IMG/VR virus record: IMGVR_UViG_3300027770_000025
Location: 186,001-250,000 of that record
Reading direction: 5' to 3' (one strand)
Length of the DNA: 64,000 nucleotides
The notes under the pieces: generated by a model
What the model saw: only the letters and a program-made list of their open reading frames with translations
Told to the model about the DNA's origin: nothing
Database searches by the model: none
In this document: positions 35,757 through 44,818 of the stretch, piece by piece
How the letters are laid out: every line of letters begins with the position of its first letter
How positions within the stretch are numbered: the stretch's first letter is position 1
Program-made: the position numbers and the translations under genes

Positions 35757-37157
35757 TTATATTTTGCCTATCTTTTTTTTCAGCTGATCGATTTCATATT
35801 CTAACTCTAACATTCGGTCCTTAGTTTTACGACGTTTACCGTACAAATCCTTAATAATTATTTTAAGTATAGGATCTTCTTCATCGGAAGCAAAGCATGC
35901 CCCGGAGGCAGTTCTAATCCAATCGTCTTTGGGATTTACTGGATTTTTACCTCTATATGCTTCAGGCGAAATGTTCCACTGAACCATTGTATTTGGGTAT
36001 AGCGATGCAAAGTCATAGCAGGCTACCCATTCATGTAATCCTTTTATAGGTTCTTTAACATATCCACCCGCAAACTTGACGTGTACCTCCTCTCTTTTTT
36101 CCACGACAAATAGCTGTTTACGGTCTAAAAACTTTCTAAGCATTAATACTTCCGTCGACCAAACAGGGGAAAGGCATCGATTTATCTCCACCCCGCTAAT
36201 CATAGCGATTTTAAAGAAAGTCTGCATGGTCTTTAACTTCTGATCGATATAATGTACTAAAGCACAGTCAACTACGTTATAGTAAATAAAGTCCTCGAAG
36301 TTTGACTGGTAAAGGTCTCGGAGGGTTCCGTTATATTCAATCTTTTTAAGTCCTATTGCTTTGTCTGCTACGTAGTCCAATCTATTGCTTTCTTTAATCT
36401 TGATAACTCGGTCCCACTTCTTGTAGATTTCTAAGTAGTCAAACATTAATAGATGAACCGGAAGCTGTTGCTTCCCTATAAGGTATCCCCCAGGTGAAAT
36501 AATTTTTGGATCAATCCCAAGTTTCTTCGCTCTGTTAATAAGATAAGGCCAGTCATATCCTAGCCAGTTCCATCCTGTCATAACCGGCATTTTAGGTCCA
36601 AGTTCTTTAAAGAATGTATACATCATATCATATTCGGTCTCGAACTGTTTATATTTAAAGGACCATTCATCTCCAAACTTCTTGAAATATTCGTTGGTCT
36701 TCTTATAGATATTAGCTTGTTGCTCTGGTGTCAATGGATCTAGCCCTAAAACTATCAATTTACATTTGTCTGTTGCAATACCTATTGATAGAACACGATT
36801 TTTAGCATTCTCTGTGTCTAGTGCTGCTGCCATATCTTCGGTTATCTCGACCTCAATATCGACAAAGTATTTCTTAGGATTCTGATATACCCAAAGTGGT
36901 GCTGTTAATTCAGGATCTGCTTCGATTAGAATCTGAGCCATCCTATATTTGTCGTATTTTTGAGTTTTTAGTTTCTTTACCGAATCACCTGTCCAGGTTT
37001 TCCATTCTTTATCCTTAGCGGAATTGCTAGGACTGCACTTTTCCCAAACGAATCTTTCTGATTCCGGAATGGGTACATCTAGGAAAGCTAGGTCGCCTTC
37101 TTCTGTGAAATGTGATACTTTAAGATATTCCCCTCTGTTCTCAATGTCTACGATCAT
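35757..37157 (-). CDS. Family-B DNA polymerase, N-terminal subunit (exonuclease + motif A; gp43A-like)
   Basis: ExoI VDIEV, ExoII GWNWLGYDW, ExoIII YNVVDC, motif A YDFASLYP; ends in the fingers helix. Confidence 0.92.
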   Translation of the reverse strand: MIVDIENRGEYLKVSHFTEEGDLAFLDVPIPESERFVWEKCSPSNSAKDKEWKTWTGDSVKKLKTQKYDKYRMAQILIEADPELTAPLWVYQNPKKYFVDIEVEITEDMAAALDTENAKNRVLSIGIATDKCKLIVLGLDPLTPEQQANIYKKTNEYFKKFGDEWSFKYKQFETEYDMMYTFFKELGPKMPVMTGWNWLGYDWPYLINRAKKLGIDPKIISPGGYLIGKQQLPVHLLMFDYLEIYKKWDRVIKIKESNRLDYVADKAIGLKKIEYNGTLRDLYQSNFEDFIYYNVVDCALVHYIDQKLKTMQTFFKIAMISGVEINRCLSPVWSTEVLMLRKFLDRKQLFVVEKREEVHVKFAGGYVKEPIKGLHEWVACYDFASLYPNTMVQWNISPEAYRGKNPVNPKDDWIRTASGACFASDEEDPILKIIIKDLYGKRRKTKDRMLELEYEIDQLKKKIGKI

Positions 37158-37239
37158 TTTTTTTATTTACGTATGTTTTATACCAATACCATCTTTTTAT
37201 TTCGATCTTTACTTAAGTTTCATGAAGATATATAAAAAT

Positions 37240-37545
37240 ATGAAGAATTTAAAAAACATTTACCAATTTATCAATGAGTGGCTTGATTCACCGGGTAGTA
37301 TCGACGTTCCTGGTCAGAATTCGGAAATTAGAGTCAATTCTAGAAATTACAAAACACAGAATCAGCAGCTTCCCGAAGTTGTTGATGCTATGTTCGAGGC
37401 AGCATATTTTCACGATTTTCTAGATGAGGAGGGCAAATCAGAGGAATTTAATAAATTTTTAGATGGTGGGAAAAAATCGGGTGCTCAGGTAACAAGCTAT
37501 ATAAAAGACTCTTTTAAAAATAAGGCATCTAAAAAGAGAGATTAA
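37240..37545 (+). CDS. Hypothetical protein (start revised to MKNLKNIYQFINE)
   Basis: GATATATA at 37227-37234 precedes ATG 37240; the longer ORF-track start overlaps polB. Confidence 0.65.
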   Translation: MKNLKNIYQFINEWLDSPGSIDVPGQNSEIRVNSRNYKTQNQQLPEVVDAMFEAAYFHDFLDEEGKSEEFNKFLDGGKKSGAQVTSYIKDSFKNKASKKRD

Positions 37546-37550
37546 TTTTT

Positions 37551-37577
37551 AATATCCGCATTAAAACATTAGATTTG
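37551..37577 (+). promoter_or_regulatory. Bacteroidota-type promoter TATCCGCA-N9-TAGATTTG
   Basis: TAnnTTTG at 37570-37577, upstream of the M28 gene. Confidence 0.55.
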
Positions 37578-37590
37578 TAAGAAAAATAAT

Positions 37591-38589
37591 ATGTACTCAA
37601 AAATATACGACTTTTGTAAAGTCAAAAATTTAGGAAATTGCTACAGAAACGGGGAAAGCCCAACACCGAGGGTAAACTTCATATTAGATCTTTGTGATCA
37701 AATGGGGCTTAAATACGAGTTGGATATTTTCGCAGACAACAGATCTAGTGCTGGTGATGATATGACAATGAGGGATTTCCGCTACATACTAGATACCCTG
37801 TCACCCGATAAAAGAAAGGATGCACTGGATCTATATAAAGAATTCACCCAAAAGGTAAAAGATCTTGACACCGACTTTGAAAATTCGGGTCTAGAGGATG
37901 ATGATTCTGCTATCGATTTCCACGAGGAAAAATATTACCAGCTGGAAGATGAATACTCTGAAAAATTAAAAGGAATTGCAGGAGAGATAAAAAAAGGTGT
38001 TAATAACTACTTCAATATAGTTCTTCCTGGATCATCAGATAAATTTGTTGTAGCACACCACGACATCGTAAATAAAGATTCAGATAATGCCAATGATAAT
38101 TCTTGCTCAGTTATAAATGCTTTAATGATTAAGAAGCTAAGACCTGAGGTAAACGTGGTTATATTAGACGGAGAGGAATTCGGAGGTATAGGATCTAATC
38201 AATTAGCACAAAGAATTAAAGCAGGTGATTTCAAATGTAAATGGGTGCTTAACCTAGAGCTAACTGGTAAGGGCGGAAAAAGCTTCTTCGTTGGAGCTAT
38301 GGGAACACCTTTAACAGATTGGATCGCAAATAGATTTGAATGCCCAATCGTAAATGTGCCATTCAATGATTCAGTGATATTTAAGAAATATGGAATAAAT
38401 AGCACTGTGATTAATCCTCTTCCTGTAACAGATGAAAAAAGCCCGGTTATAAATAAGGATGGTGAATACCTAAACTTTAAAATGCTATTCAACTGTCACA
38501 AAATGACAGACTCAGTAGACAGCATTGATCCAAAAGATATGGAAGAATTCGTTAATGAAGTTTGTCTAAAAATAATAGACGAAGCTTGA
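37591..38589 (+). CDS. M28-family Zn peptidase-like protein with an acidic helical insertion
   Basis: VAHHD, DNANDNSCS, LDGEE.G..GS, NLELTG, H...DS. Confidence 0.75.
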   Translation: MYSKIYDFCKVKNLGNCYRNGESPTPRVNFILDLCDQMGLKYELDIFADNRSSAGDDMTMRDFRYILDTLSPDKRKDALDLYKEFTQKVKDLDTDFENSGLEDDDSAIDFHEEKYYQLEDEYSEKLKGIAGEIKKGVNNYFNIVLPGSSDKFVVAHHDIVNKDSDNANDNSCSVINALMIKKLRPEVNVVILDGEEFGGIGSNQLAQRIKAGDFKCKWVLNLELTGKGGKSFFVGAMGTPLTDWIANRFECPIVNVPFNDSVIFKKYGINSTVINPLPVTDEKSPVINKDGEYLNFKMLFNCHKMTDSVDSIDPKDMEEFVNEVCLKIIDEA

Positions 38590-38690
38590 GACGTATAAAA
38601 CTATTTGAAGAATTTATTGAGTATGTTATGCCGGTAAAAAAGCGTAACATGAAAAACATAGTCATTATACCTAATTGGAAGGTCTATTAA
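38586..38690 (+). CDS. 34-aa ORF MRRIKLFEEFIEYVMPVKKRNMKNIVIIPNWKVY (TTG start)
   Basis: Hand translation; TTGA overlap with the M28 stop; carries the shared N-terminal motif. Confidence 0.5.
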   Translation: MRRIKLFEEFIEYVMPVKKRNMKNIVIIPNWKVY

Positions 38691-39072
38691 TGGCCTTTAA
38701 ATAAGCATCCAGCTTTTTATCAGCAACCTCTATATTTAAGTTTCCGTTAATAAAGATTTCCCAAGAATCCCTGCCATATTTACCTATACCTGGCAGCTCT
38801 ATAGCATCTCTAAATCCCTCAACCCATTTCTGACTTAACTTTATTATCCGGGATGCTTTTACATTCTGAAATCCGGTTGTTTTTATGACCGCTGCCAGCC
38901 TTTCTGGATCACACCCAATAGTAGATATGGGCGTCGGGATAAGTTCAAATACGGAGCTTAAAATCGGTCTTACTTGCTTATTATTTGTTTGATTTAATAG
39001 AATACAACAAACCATCATTTTCCATGGCTCTTTCAGATAATCCTCCTGTATTAGTATCTCTCTTTCCCCCAT
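38671..39072 (-). CDS. MBD4-like HhH DNA glycosylase
   Basis: PWKMMVCCILLNQT, G....KA..IIKLS, LPGIGKYGRDSWEIF, D..L..Y. Confidence 0.85.
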   Translation of the reverse strand: MGEREILIQEDYLKEPWKMMVCCILLNQTNNKQVRPILSSVFELIPTPISTIGCDPERLAAVIKTTGFQNVKASRIIKLSQKWVEGFRDAIELPGIGKYGRDSWEIFINGNLNIEVADKKLDAYLKAINRPSN

Positions 39073-39911
39073 TATATTTGTATTCCGGGTACCCAGTGGG
39101 TCATTCTACCATCATCGGTAATCTCATGAACTACTATGTTACCTAAAGGATCCTTATCCTTACGGTAAACATGAAAGGAGAAAACAAAATCCCCGTGGTT
39201 GTTGTCCATGTCGGTGTACGTGGCTAGAGTTGCTCCCCCTTGTTCATACGATGTTTTAATTATGGTCTTTATCCATTCGCATAGCTTCTCCATTCTATCC
39301 ATCGGAATGTCGCATATTTTTAAATGTGGAGAAATGCCAGCTCTGTAAAGTGCCTCCGATTTTATATAGTTGCCTACGCCTGAGATGACCTTCTGATCCA
39401 TGATAGCTTTGCAAATGTTTTTGTTTGGTGATTTGGTTAATCTAGCATAAAATTCAGCAAAAGGAACTTCATTATTTAACATATCTGGTCCTGATGAGTT
39501 TAGCTTCTTCCTAATCTCCTCGTGATCAGAATAGAAAGAAATGTTACCAAATCTCCTTACATCCTCAAAGAAAACTTCGGAAGAGTCTGAAAATCTAAGT
39601 ACAAAATGCGAATGCTTCCCTCTAAGGTCTCTCCATCCCCCACTCATGCCCAACGTGTTCCACATAAACAGATCTCCAATTTTAGCATAGATAAATTTAC
39701 CTTTAACTCTGACCCAGTCAACCTGGAGTGGACCTGCTGATAACGCTTCCCTGATAAGTGAAATCCCGGTGGGTTCTTTCTTTAACCATTTTCCTCCGAG
39801 TATTTCAGCCTCTGTTAGTTCTTTATAAACTATTCTTTTGGCTAATCCCTCAGCCATTCTTCTTACTTCCGGTCCTTCTGGCATTTCTTTTCTTTTTGCA
39901 AATATAATCAA
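39072..39911 (-). CDS. Fpg/Nei-family DNA glycosylase (likely start MPEGPEV)
   Basis: PEGPE, KGK, LGMSG, DVRRFG, MDQ..ISGVGNYIKSEALY, zincless finger GRMTHW. Confidence 0.92.
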   Translation of the reverse strand: MIIFAKRKEMPEGPEVRRMAEGLAKRIVYKELTEAEILGGKWLKKEPTGISLIREALSAGPLQVDWVRVKGKFIYAKIGDLFMWNTLGMSGGWRDLRGKHSHFVLRFSDSSEVFFEDVRRFGNISFYSDHEEIRKKLNSSGPDMLNNEVPFAEFYARLTKSPNKNICKAIMDQKVISGVGNYIKSEALYRAGISPHLKICDIPMDRMEKLCEWIKTIIKTSYEQGGATLATYTDMDNNHGDFVFSFHVYRKDKDPLGNIVVHEITDDGRMTHWVPGIQI

Positions 39912-39921
39912 TAGACCCGGT

Positions 39922-39958
39922 ATAAAAAAATAAAGCCGAGCTAATTTAGCCCGGCTTT
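39922..39958 (-). terminator. Terminator after dnaK
   Basis: AAAGCCGGGCTAA/TTAGCTCGGCTTT stem plus U-tract. Confidence 0.8.
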
Positions 39959-39977
39959 ACCTTATAATTTATTTATA

Positions 39978-41867
39978 TTATTGCTTGATTTCTTCGTACT
40001 CTACATCTTGTAAATCTTCCGCACTATCAGAAGTTTGTTCGGAAGGGGATTCAGTTGCTTGAGCTTGCTGATCTGCTGCATATACAGCAGAAGCTATTAC
40101 ATTCATCTTATCAGAAAGAATCTTCATTGTGGATTCGATAGCATCTAAATCGTCACCGTCCATGATTTTTCTTAATTCTTCTATTTTATCAGAGATCTCT
40201 TGTTTATCTGAATCACTTACCTTGTCGCCAAAGTCGCTAATCGCTTTTTCCATCTGAAAACACATAGAAGAAGCTTCATTATAAAGCTGAGATTTTCTTA
40301 ATCTCTCCTTATCTGCCTCTGCATTTGCTTCAGCATCATTTTTCATCTTTTCAATTTCTTCATCAGTTAGCTTAGATCCTGATTCAATTCTAATATTTTG
40401 AACTTTACCTGTTCCCTGATCCTTAGCAGAAACCTTAATAATACCGTTGGCATCAATATCAAATGTAACTTCGATCTTTGGAATACCCCTCATTGAAGGC
40501 GGAATATCAGTTAACTGAAATCTGCCAAGAGATCTGTTATCTGTAGCCATTGCTCTTTCCCCTTGTAATACGTGTATCTCCACTGCTGGTTGGTTATCAA
40601 CAGCTGTAGAAAATACCTCGCTCTTTGTTACTGGTATAGTTGTGTTGGATTCGATCAATTTAGTAAATACACCACCTACTGTTTCTATTCCTAGAGAAAG
40701 AGGTGTGATGTCTAACAAAAGAACGTCTTTAATATCTCCAGCTAGCACTCCTCCTTGGATAGCAGCTCCAATAGCTACCACCTCATCAGGATTAACGCCC
40801 TTGGAAGGTTTCTTACCGAAAAGTTTTTCAACTTCTTCCTGTACCTTAGGTATCCTTGTAGATCCGCCTACTAAAATAACCTCATCAACCTGAGCAGCTG
40901 TTAAACCTGCATCTTTCAATGCTTTCTTACAAGGTTCTAATGTTCTTTTAATTAGATCCCCGCACATAGACTCGAATTGAGCTTTAGATAATTTCTTTAC
41001 GAAATGTTTAGGCCCATTTGAATCTGCACTTAAATAAGGAAGGTTAATCTCTGTCTCATTAGAAGCAGAAAGTTCAACTTTTGCTTTCTCCGCACCTTCT
41101 CTAATTCTTTGATAAGCCGTAGGGTCTTTAGAAGCATCCACACCGGTTTCATCTTTAAATGCAGCAACTACCCAATCGATAATCATTTCATCAAAGTTGT
41201 CACCACCTAAGTGGGTGTCACCGTTGGTGGAAAGAACCTCAAATACTCCAGATCCTATTTCTAGGATTGAAACGTCAAATGTACCGCCACCTAAGTCATA
41301 CACTGCAACCTTAAGATCTTTGTCACCTTTATCCAGGCCATAAGCTAAAGCTGCTGCTGTTGGTTCGTTAATAATACGGAGTACTTCTAATCCTGCAATT
41401 TCACCAGCCTCTTTAGTTGCTTGTCTTTGGCTATCGTTGAAATAAGCAGGAACTGTAATTACCGCTTGGGTAACAGCTTCTCCTAAATACTCCTCTGCAG
41501 TTCTTTTTAGATTCTGTAAAATTATTGCCGAAATTTCTTGGGGTACGTATGTTTTTCCGTTTGCTTCTACTACTACCTTATCACCCTTTTCTTTTTTTAC
41601 TTTATAAGACATTTTACCTGCCTCATTTTTAATCTCCGAATACTTAGATCCAATAAACCTTTTTACTGAATAGATAGTATTCTCTGGGTTAGTAACCGCT
41701 TGTCTCTTTGCAGAGTCTCCGATTCTAATGTCACCATCTTTAAAAGAAACCACACTAGGTGTAGTTCTTTTTCCCTCCTGGTTAACAATAACTGAGGGTG
41801 TGCTTCCTTCAATTAGGGAAACACATGAATTTGTTGTTCCTAGGTCAATACCAATTACTTTTGCCAT
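39978..41867 (-). CDS. dnaK: Chaperone DnaK (Hsp70)
   Basis: [33 protein letters not shown]. Confidence 0.98.
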   Translation of the reverse strand: MAKVIGIDLGTTNSCVSLIEGSTPSVIVNQEGKRTTPSVVSFKDGDIRIGDSAKRQAVTNPENTIYSVKRFIGSKYSEIKNEAGKMSYKVKKEKGDKVVVEANGKTYVPQEISAIILQNLKRTAEEYLGEAVTQAVITVPAYFNDSQRQATKEAGEIAGLEVLRIINEPTAAALAYGLDKGDKDLKVAVYDLGGGTFDVSILEIGSGVFEVLSTNGDTHLGGDNFDEMIIDWVVAAFKDETGVDASKDPTAYQRIREGAEKAKVELSASNETEINLPYLSADSNGPKHFVKKLSKAQFESMCGDLIKRTLEPCKKALKDAGLTAAQVDEVILVGGSTRIPKVQEEVEKLFGKKPSKGVNPDEVVAIGAAIQGGVLAGDIKDVLLLDITPLSLGIETVGGVFTKLIESNTTIPVTKSEVFSTAVDNQPAVEIHVLQGERAMATDNRSLGRFQLTDIPPSMRGIPKIEVTFDIDANGIIKVSAKDQGTGKVQNIRIESGSKLTDEEIEKMKNDAEANAEADKERLRKSQLYNEASSMCFQMEKAISDFGDKVSDSDKQEISDKIEELRKIMDGDDLDAIESTMKILSDKMNVIASAVYAADQQAQATESPSEQTSDSAEDLQDVEYEEIKQ

Positions 41868-42017
41868 TTGTTTTAAATTTATTATTTTTAGTTGATTTCT
41901 GAGAAAAGATTCCGTTATAGAATCATATTTCCTGTAATAAATTAATCAAAATTAGATCCGAAAGAAATTTTTAGTCATATTGTCATTTCATTCCCAAATA
42001 AAGTGACTTTTTGTCTA

Positions 42018-42056
42018 CCGAAGCCCACAAAAAAACCCGATCTACCGACCGGGTTT
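42018..42056 (-). terminator. Rho-independent terminator
   Basis: AAACCCG/CGGGTTT stem plus U-tract. Confidence 0.65.
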
Positions 42057-42073
42057 GTCATATCAATGAAATA

Positions 42074-42532
42074 TTATTTCTTCTTTCTTTTCTTTACGAA
42101 TTCAAGATAATTATCAACAGTCTTTGCTTTCTTTTTCTTAGCTGCTCCTGTTCCTGCAGTAAGACTTGTGAATTTGTCACCGGACCCATTATTAGTTGAA
42201 TCATAAAATCCGCTATTAGTTGCACCTGCTGAGCTAGGTGGAGATGGATTACCCATTCCCGATACGTTGCCCAATGTAGCTAATCCCGGAGCTGGAGCTG
42301 CTGCTCCCATATCCTCATTCATTTTATCTTCGTCCATGCCTTTAGCTTTAAGATATTCTTTTAGCTGCCAGCTTTCTACACAGTAATCATTCTCATTTAG
42401 CCATTCGGTAACGGCTTTAACGTATTGTTCTGAAGATTCGCAATCACAAATAATGTCATCTAATTCTTCTTCCTCATCCATCATGCAGATTAAGGTTTTT
42501 CCATTTGGTAATTGTCCTGTTGGGTGAAACAT
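42074..42532 (-). CDS. Hypothetical protein with Gly/Pro-rich low-complexity region
   Basis: ORF track. Confidence 0.65.
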   Translation of the reverse strand: MFHPTGQLPNGKTLICMMDEEEELDDIICDCESSEQYVKAVTEWLNENDYCVESWQLKEYLKAKGMDEDKMNEDMGAAAPAPGLATLGNVSGMGNPSPPSSAGATNSGFYDSTNNGSGDKFTSLTAGTGAAKKKKAKTVDNYLEFVKKRKKK

Positions 42533-42536
42533 ATTA

Positions 42537-42767
42537 TTAGTCTAAGGTTTGTTTTATATTGGTTTTAAAAATACGAACTATATTGCCGTCCGGATTCTTA
42601 GTGATATATCCTATTATATCATTGTATATATCATATATGGGAGACTGTATTAGTAGTTTTCTGTTTAGATTGTCCAATACCCATTTGTTTAGGATCTTGC
42701 TTTCCTCTTTTGACATATCTCTTTTAACAGACTCAAATTCAAAACTGCTTCCTGTACAATTACACAT
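42537..42767 (-). CDS. Hypothetical protein
   Basis: ORF track. Confidence 0.55.
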   Translation of the reverse strand: MCNCTGSSFEFESVKRDMSKEESKILNKWVLDNLNRKLLIQSPIYDIYNDIIGYITKNPDGNIVRIFKTNIKQTLD

Positions 42768-43192
42768 TATCTATAATTTCCTCTTTCTTGTTTGCGTTTA
42801 ATATATTGCCAAAGGTATCTTAATCCCTTTGCATACTCAGAAGGTCTGCTAAAAGGCTTGCCGAAGTCTTTTATATCGTTTCCGTTACCCTCCATTCTTT
42901 CGCCGGGATTATCCTCATTCTTTAGTGGATTATATCTTCTAACCTTTCCTGTTGGGTGGATAGTATAGAATACTTTATCGTGGCCCTTCTCGTTTTTATT
43001 GTTGGTTACCCTAATAAATTTTAGAGTGTTGTTGATTTCCTGCTGATGTGATGTATCCTCTTTGAAACCAAGTTCTATTAGTCTCTTATAGTCAACTGTC
43101 TTTCTAACAAGATCCAGGTTAAGGGATCTTCTAGAATCTGATTTGTATTCCTCATCCGGACTGTATTTTTCATATTCTAATAGGTACTTCAT
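42767..43192 (-). CDS. Hypothetical protein (N-term MKYLLEYEKY)
   Basis: ORF; AATATATA 4 nt upstream of the start. Confidence 0.7.
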   Translation of the reverse strand: MKYLLEYEKYSPDEEYKSDSRRSLNLDLVRKTVDYKRLIELGFKEDTSHQQEINNTLKFIRVTNNKNEKGHDKVFYTIHPTGKVRRYNPLKNEDNPGERMEGNGNDIKDFGKPFSRPSEYAKGLRYLWQYIKRKQERGNYR

Positions 43193-43203
43193 ACTCTATA
43201 TAT

Positions 43204-43611
43204 TTACTTTAACTCCTCAAGATTCATCCGGCTTCCCTGACCCCAGTAATCTGCACCCCCGTAATAGGTGCAAATCTCTTCATTTTGTTCTATGTCTCTA
43301 ATTGCATAGAAGAAAAAAGTCTCCCTTGGTTCTGAACTTTTCCATGCTGCATTGGGAGAATTTGAATGATTGTAAAGTGCTCCATAACCAGTTGGTATAA
43401 CCTGTGTAACCGGAGACACAGTAGGCCACATAAATCGATAGTGTTCTAGTACATGCCAACATGATGCATTTACGTGTAGATCCAGTCCTATAACTGTGCA
43501 TTCTTCTATGATCTCACCCTTTCCTATTCTGGATTTAGCAAAAACACCATATCCGTGGATTGGGCTAGGTGAAACATAAACTTTTTCTGGTAAATAAATT
43601 TGTACTGCCAT
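43204..43611 (-). CDS. SET-domain lysine methyltransferase
   Basis: HGYGVFA..I.KGE.I, YNHSNSPNA, AIRDI...EEIC.YYG. Confidence 0.9.
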   Translation of the reverse strand: MAVQIYLPEKVYVSPSPIHGYGVFAKSRIGKGEIIEECTVIGLDLHVNASCWHVLEHYRFMWPTVSPVTQVIPTGYGALYNHSNSPNAAWKSSEPRETFFFYAIRDIEQNEEICTYYGGADYWGQGSRMNLEELK

Positions 43612-43672
43612 TTGATCTGTTTTTTAAGTATAGGTTATACACACAAAAAGAAAAACTGTTCCGGCTTAATAT

Positions 43673-44050
43673 CTATTTAGAATTTAGCCAATCCCTATAA
43701 TCTTTTAAATTCTCCAGATTTTTTTTCCCCTTTTTCTTTTGCTTAGAGTCGGGATCAAGAAAAGGTACTATTTTACCTGGGCCTTTTGGCTGGAACGTCG
43801 GAATACTGTCAGATCCAACAGGTTCCAAACTAACTGGCATATCACCAATGACTTCCTCATCCACATGGTGTGGCAAGTTCTTATGTTTCGTAGAAGCATA
43901 TTTTTGAAGTTCCTTCTTAGTCATGCTATCTGCAAGATTCGTAATGGCTTTCTTGTATTTTGGATTGAGATCGGAAGGTTCCATCGCTCCCACTTTTATT
44001 GCATAGGCCTGGGCCATTAATCGTTGTTGTGCTGTACTAAGTGCTGGCAT
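43673..44050 (-). CDS. DUF3008-like protein
   Basis: MPALSTAQQRLMAQA...MTKKEL.KYASTKHK.LP. Confidence 0.6.
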   Translation of the reverse strand: MPALSTAQQRLMAQAYAIKVGAMEPSDLNPKYKKAITNLADSMTKKELQKYASTKHKNLPHHVDEEVIGDMPVSLEPVGSDSIPTFQPKGPGKIVPFLDPDSKQKKKGKKNLENLKDYRDWLNSK

Positions 44051-44098
44051 TTCTTCTGTTGATTTTTTTGTGATCTATATATCCACACAAAAAAGGAC

Positions 44099-44341
44099 TT
44101 ATAAATATAAGTCCTTTTGTTTCTTGTCCCATTCACTTTGTGTTATGGGTTTAGAGGATAAATCCCAATTCTTATCTGGATTGATAATTTTCTTTTTAGA
44201 TTTGTACCAATCATTGAAGGTCCAAATAAATCGATTATATCCCTTGCCGACTAAGGCAAATCCACTGTCCCCTGGTTGAATAGCCATTGGCGATTGAGGG
44301 GGAGCATAAAAACTTGTTTCAGGATTCTTTGTTTTTGACAT
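44099..44341 (-). CDS. Hypothetical protein
   Basis: ORF track. Confidence 0.6.
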   Translation of the reverse strand: MSKTKNPETSFYAPPQSPMAIQPGDSGFALVGKGYNRFIWTFNDWYKSKKKIINPDKNWDLSSKPITQSEWDKKQKDLYL

Positions 44342-44343
44342 TA

Positions 44344-44553
44344 TTAGTTGCCTACGACAGCCTCTATTTTTGATTTCGTAACTTGAGTTGTCTCAAATCC
44401 TCCAACTGAACCATCTAAGTATTCAGCCATTTTAGTTTCTACGTCAAGAACAGATTCGCCAGATACTAAGAATTCTGCTTTTTTATAAACAGGATCACCG
44501 TTCTTGTTAACCTCTCCAGACTCAAAACTTGTTTTAACTACGTAATAGCTCAT
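44344..44553 (-). CDS. DUF4494-like protein
   Basis: YVVKT.FE...NG...YKK.EFLV...SV..VE....EY...F....V.KSKI..V. Confidence 0.55.
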   Translation of the reverse strand: MSYYVVKTSFESGEVNKNGDPVYKKAEFLVSGESVLDVETKMAEYLDGSVGGFETTQVTKSKIEAVVGN

Positions 44554-44578
44554 TAGATTTTTAGTTTTAAAATGTTAA

Positions 44579-44758
44579 TTAAGCTTTTTTGTTTTTAAAC
44601 TCTTGCACTTCTAATCTAAGATCTTGAGCAAGTTTTTTAAGTTCCTGCATAGCTTGTCTTACTCTTGTACCAGCTGAGCCGTTACCTTTGTCGAAAAACT
44701 TTTCAGCGTCTCCTTGAGTGCTTTCGATTAATGCTTTGATTTGTTCGAATTTTTCCAT
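44579..44758 (-). CDS. Hc1-like ('histone H1-like', Bacteroidota type) small basic protein, 59 aa, missing from the ORF track
   Basis: MEKFEQIKALIESTQGDAEKFFDKGNGSAGTRVRQAMQELKKLAQDLRLEVQEFKNKKA. Confidence 0.75.
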   Translation of the reverse strand: MEKFEQIKALIESTQGDAEKFFDKGNGSAGTRVRQAMQELKKLAQDLRLEVQEFKNKKA

Positions 44759-44818
44759 GATTTTTTTTGTTTTTTAAATTGTTACTATTTATACTTGTTT
44801 ATTACTGATTGTTTCGTC

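Noticed and set aside
31673-37157. Inteins or introns in nrdA, nrdB or polB
   Set aside because: Lengths and motif spacing are normal, with no C...HN splice motifs or homing endonuclease
42011-42199. Plus-strand 62-aa ORF
   Set aside because: It overlaps a terminator hairpin and the antisense end of 42074..42532
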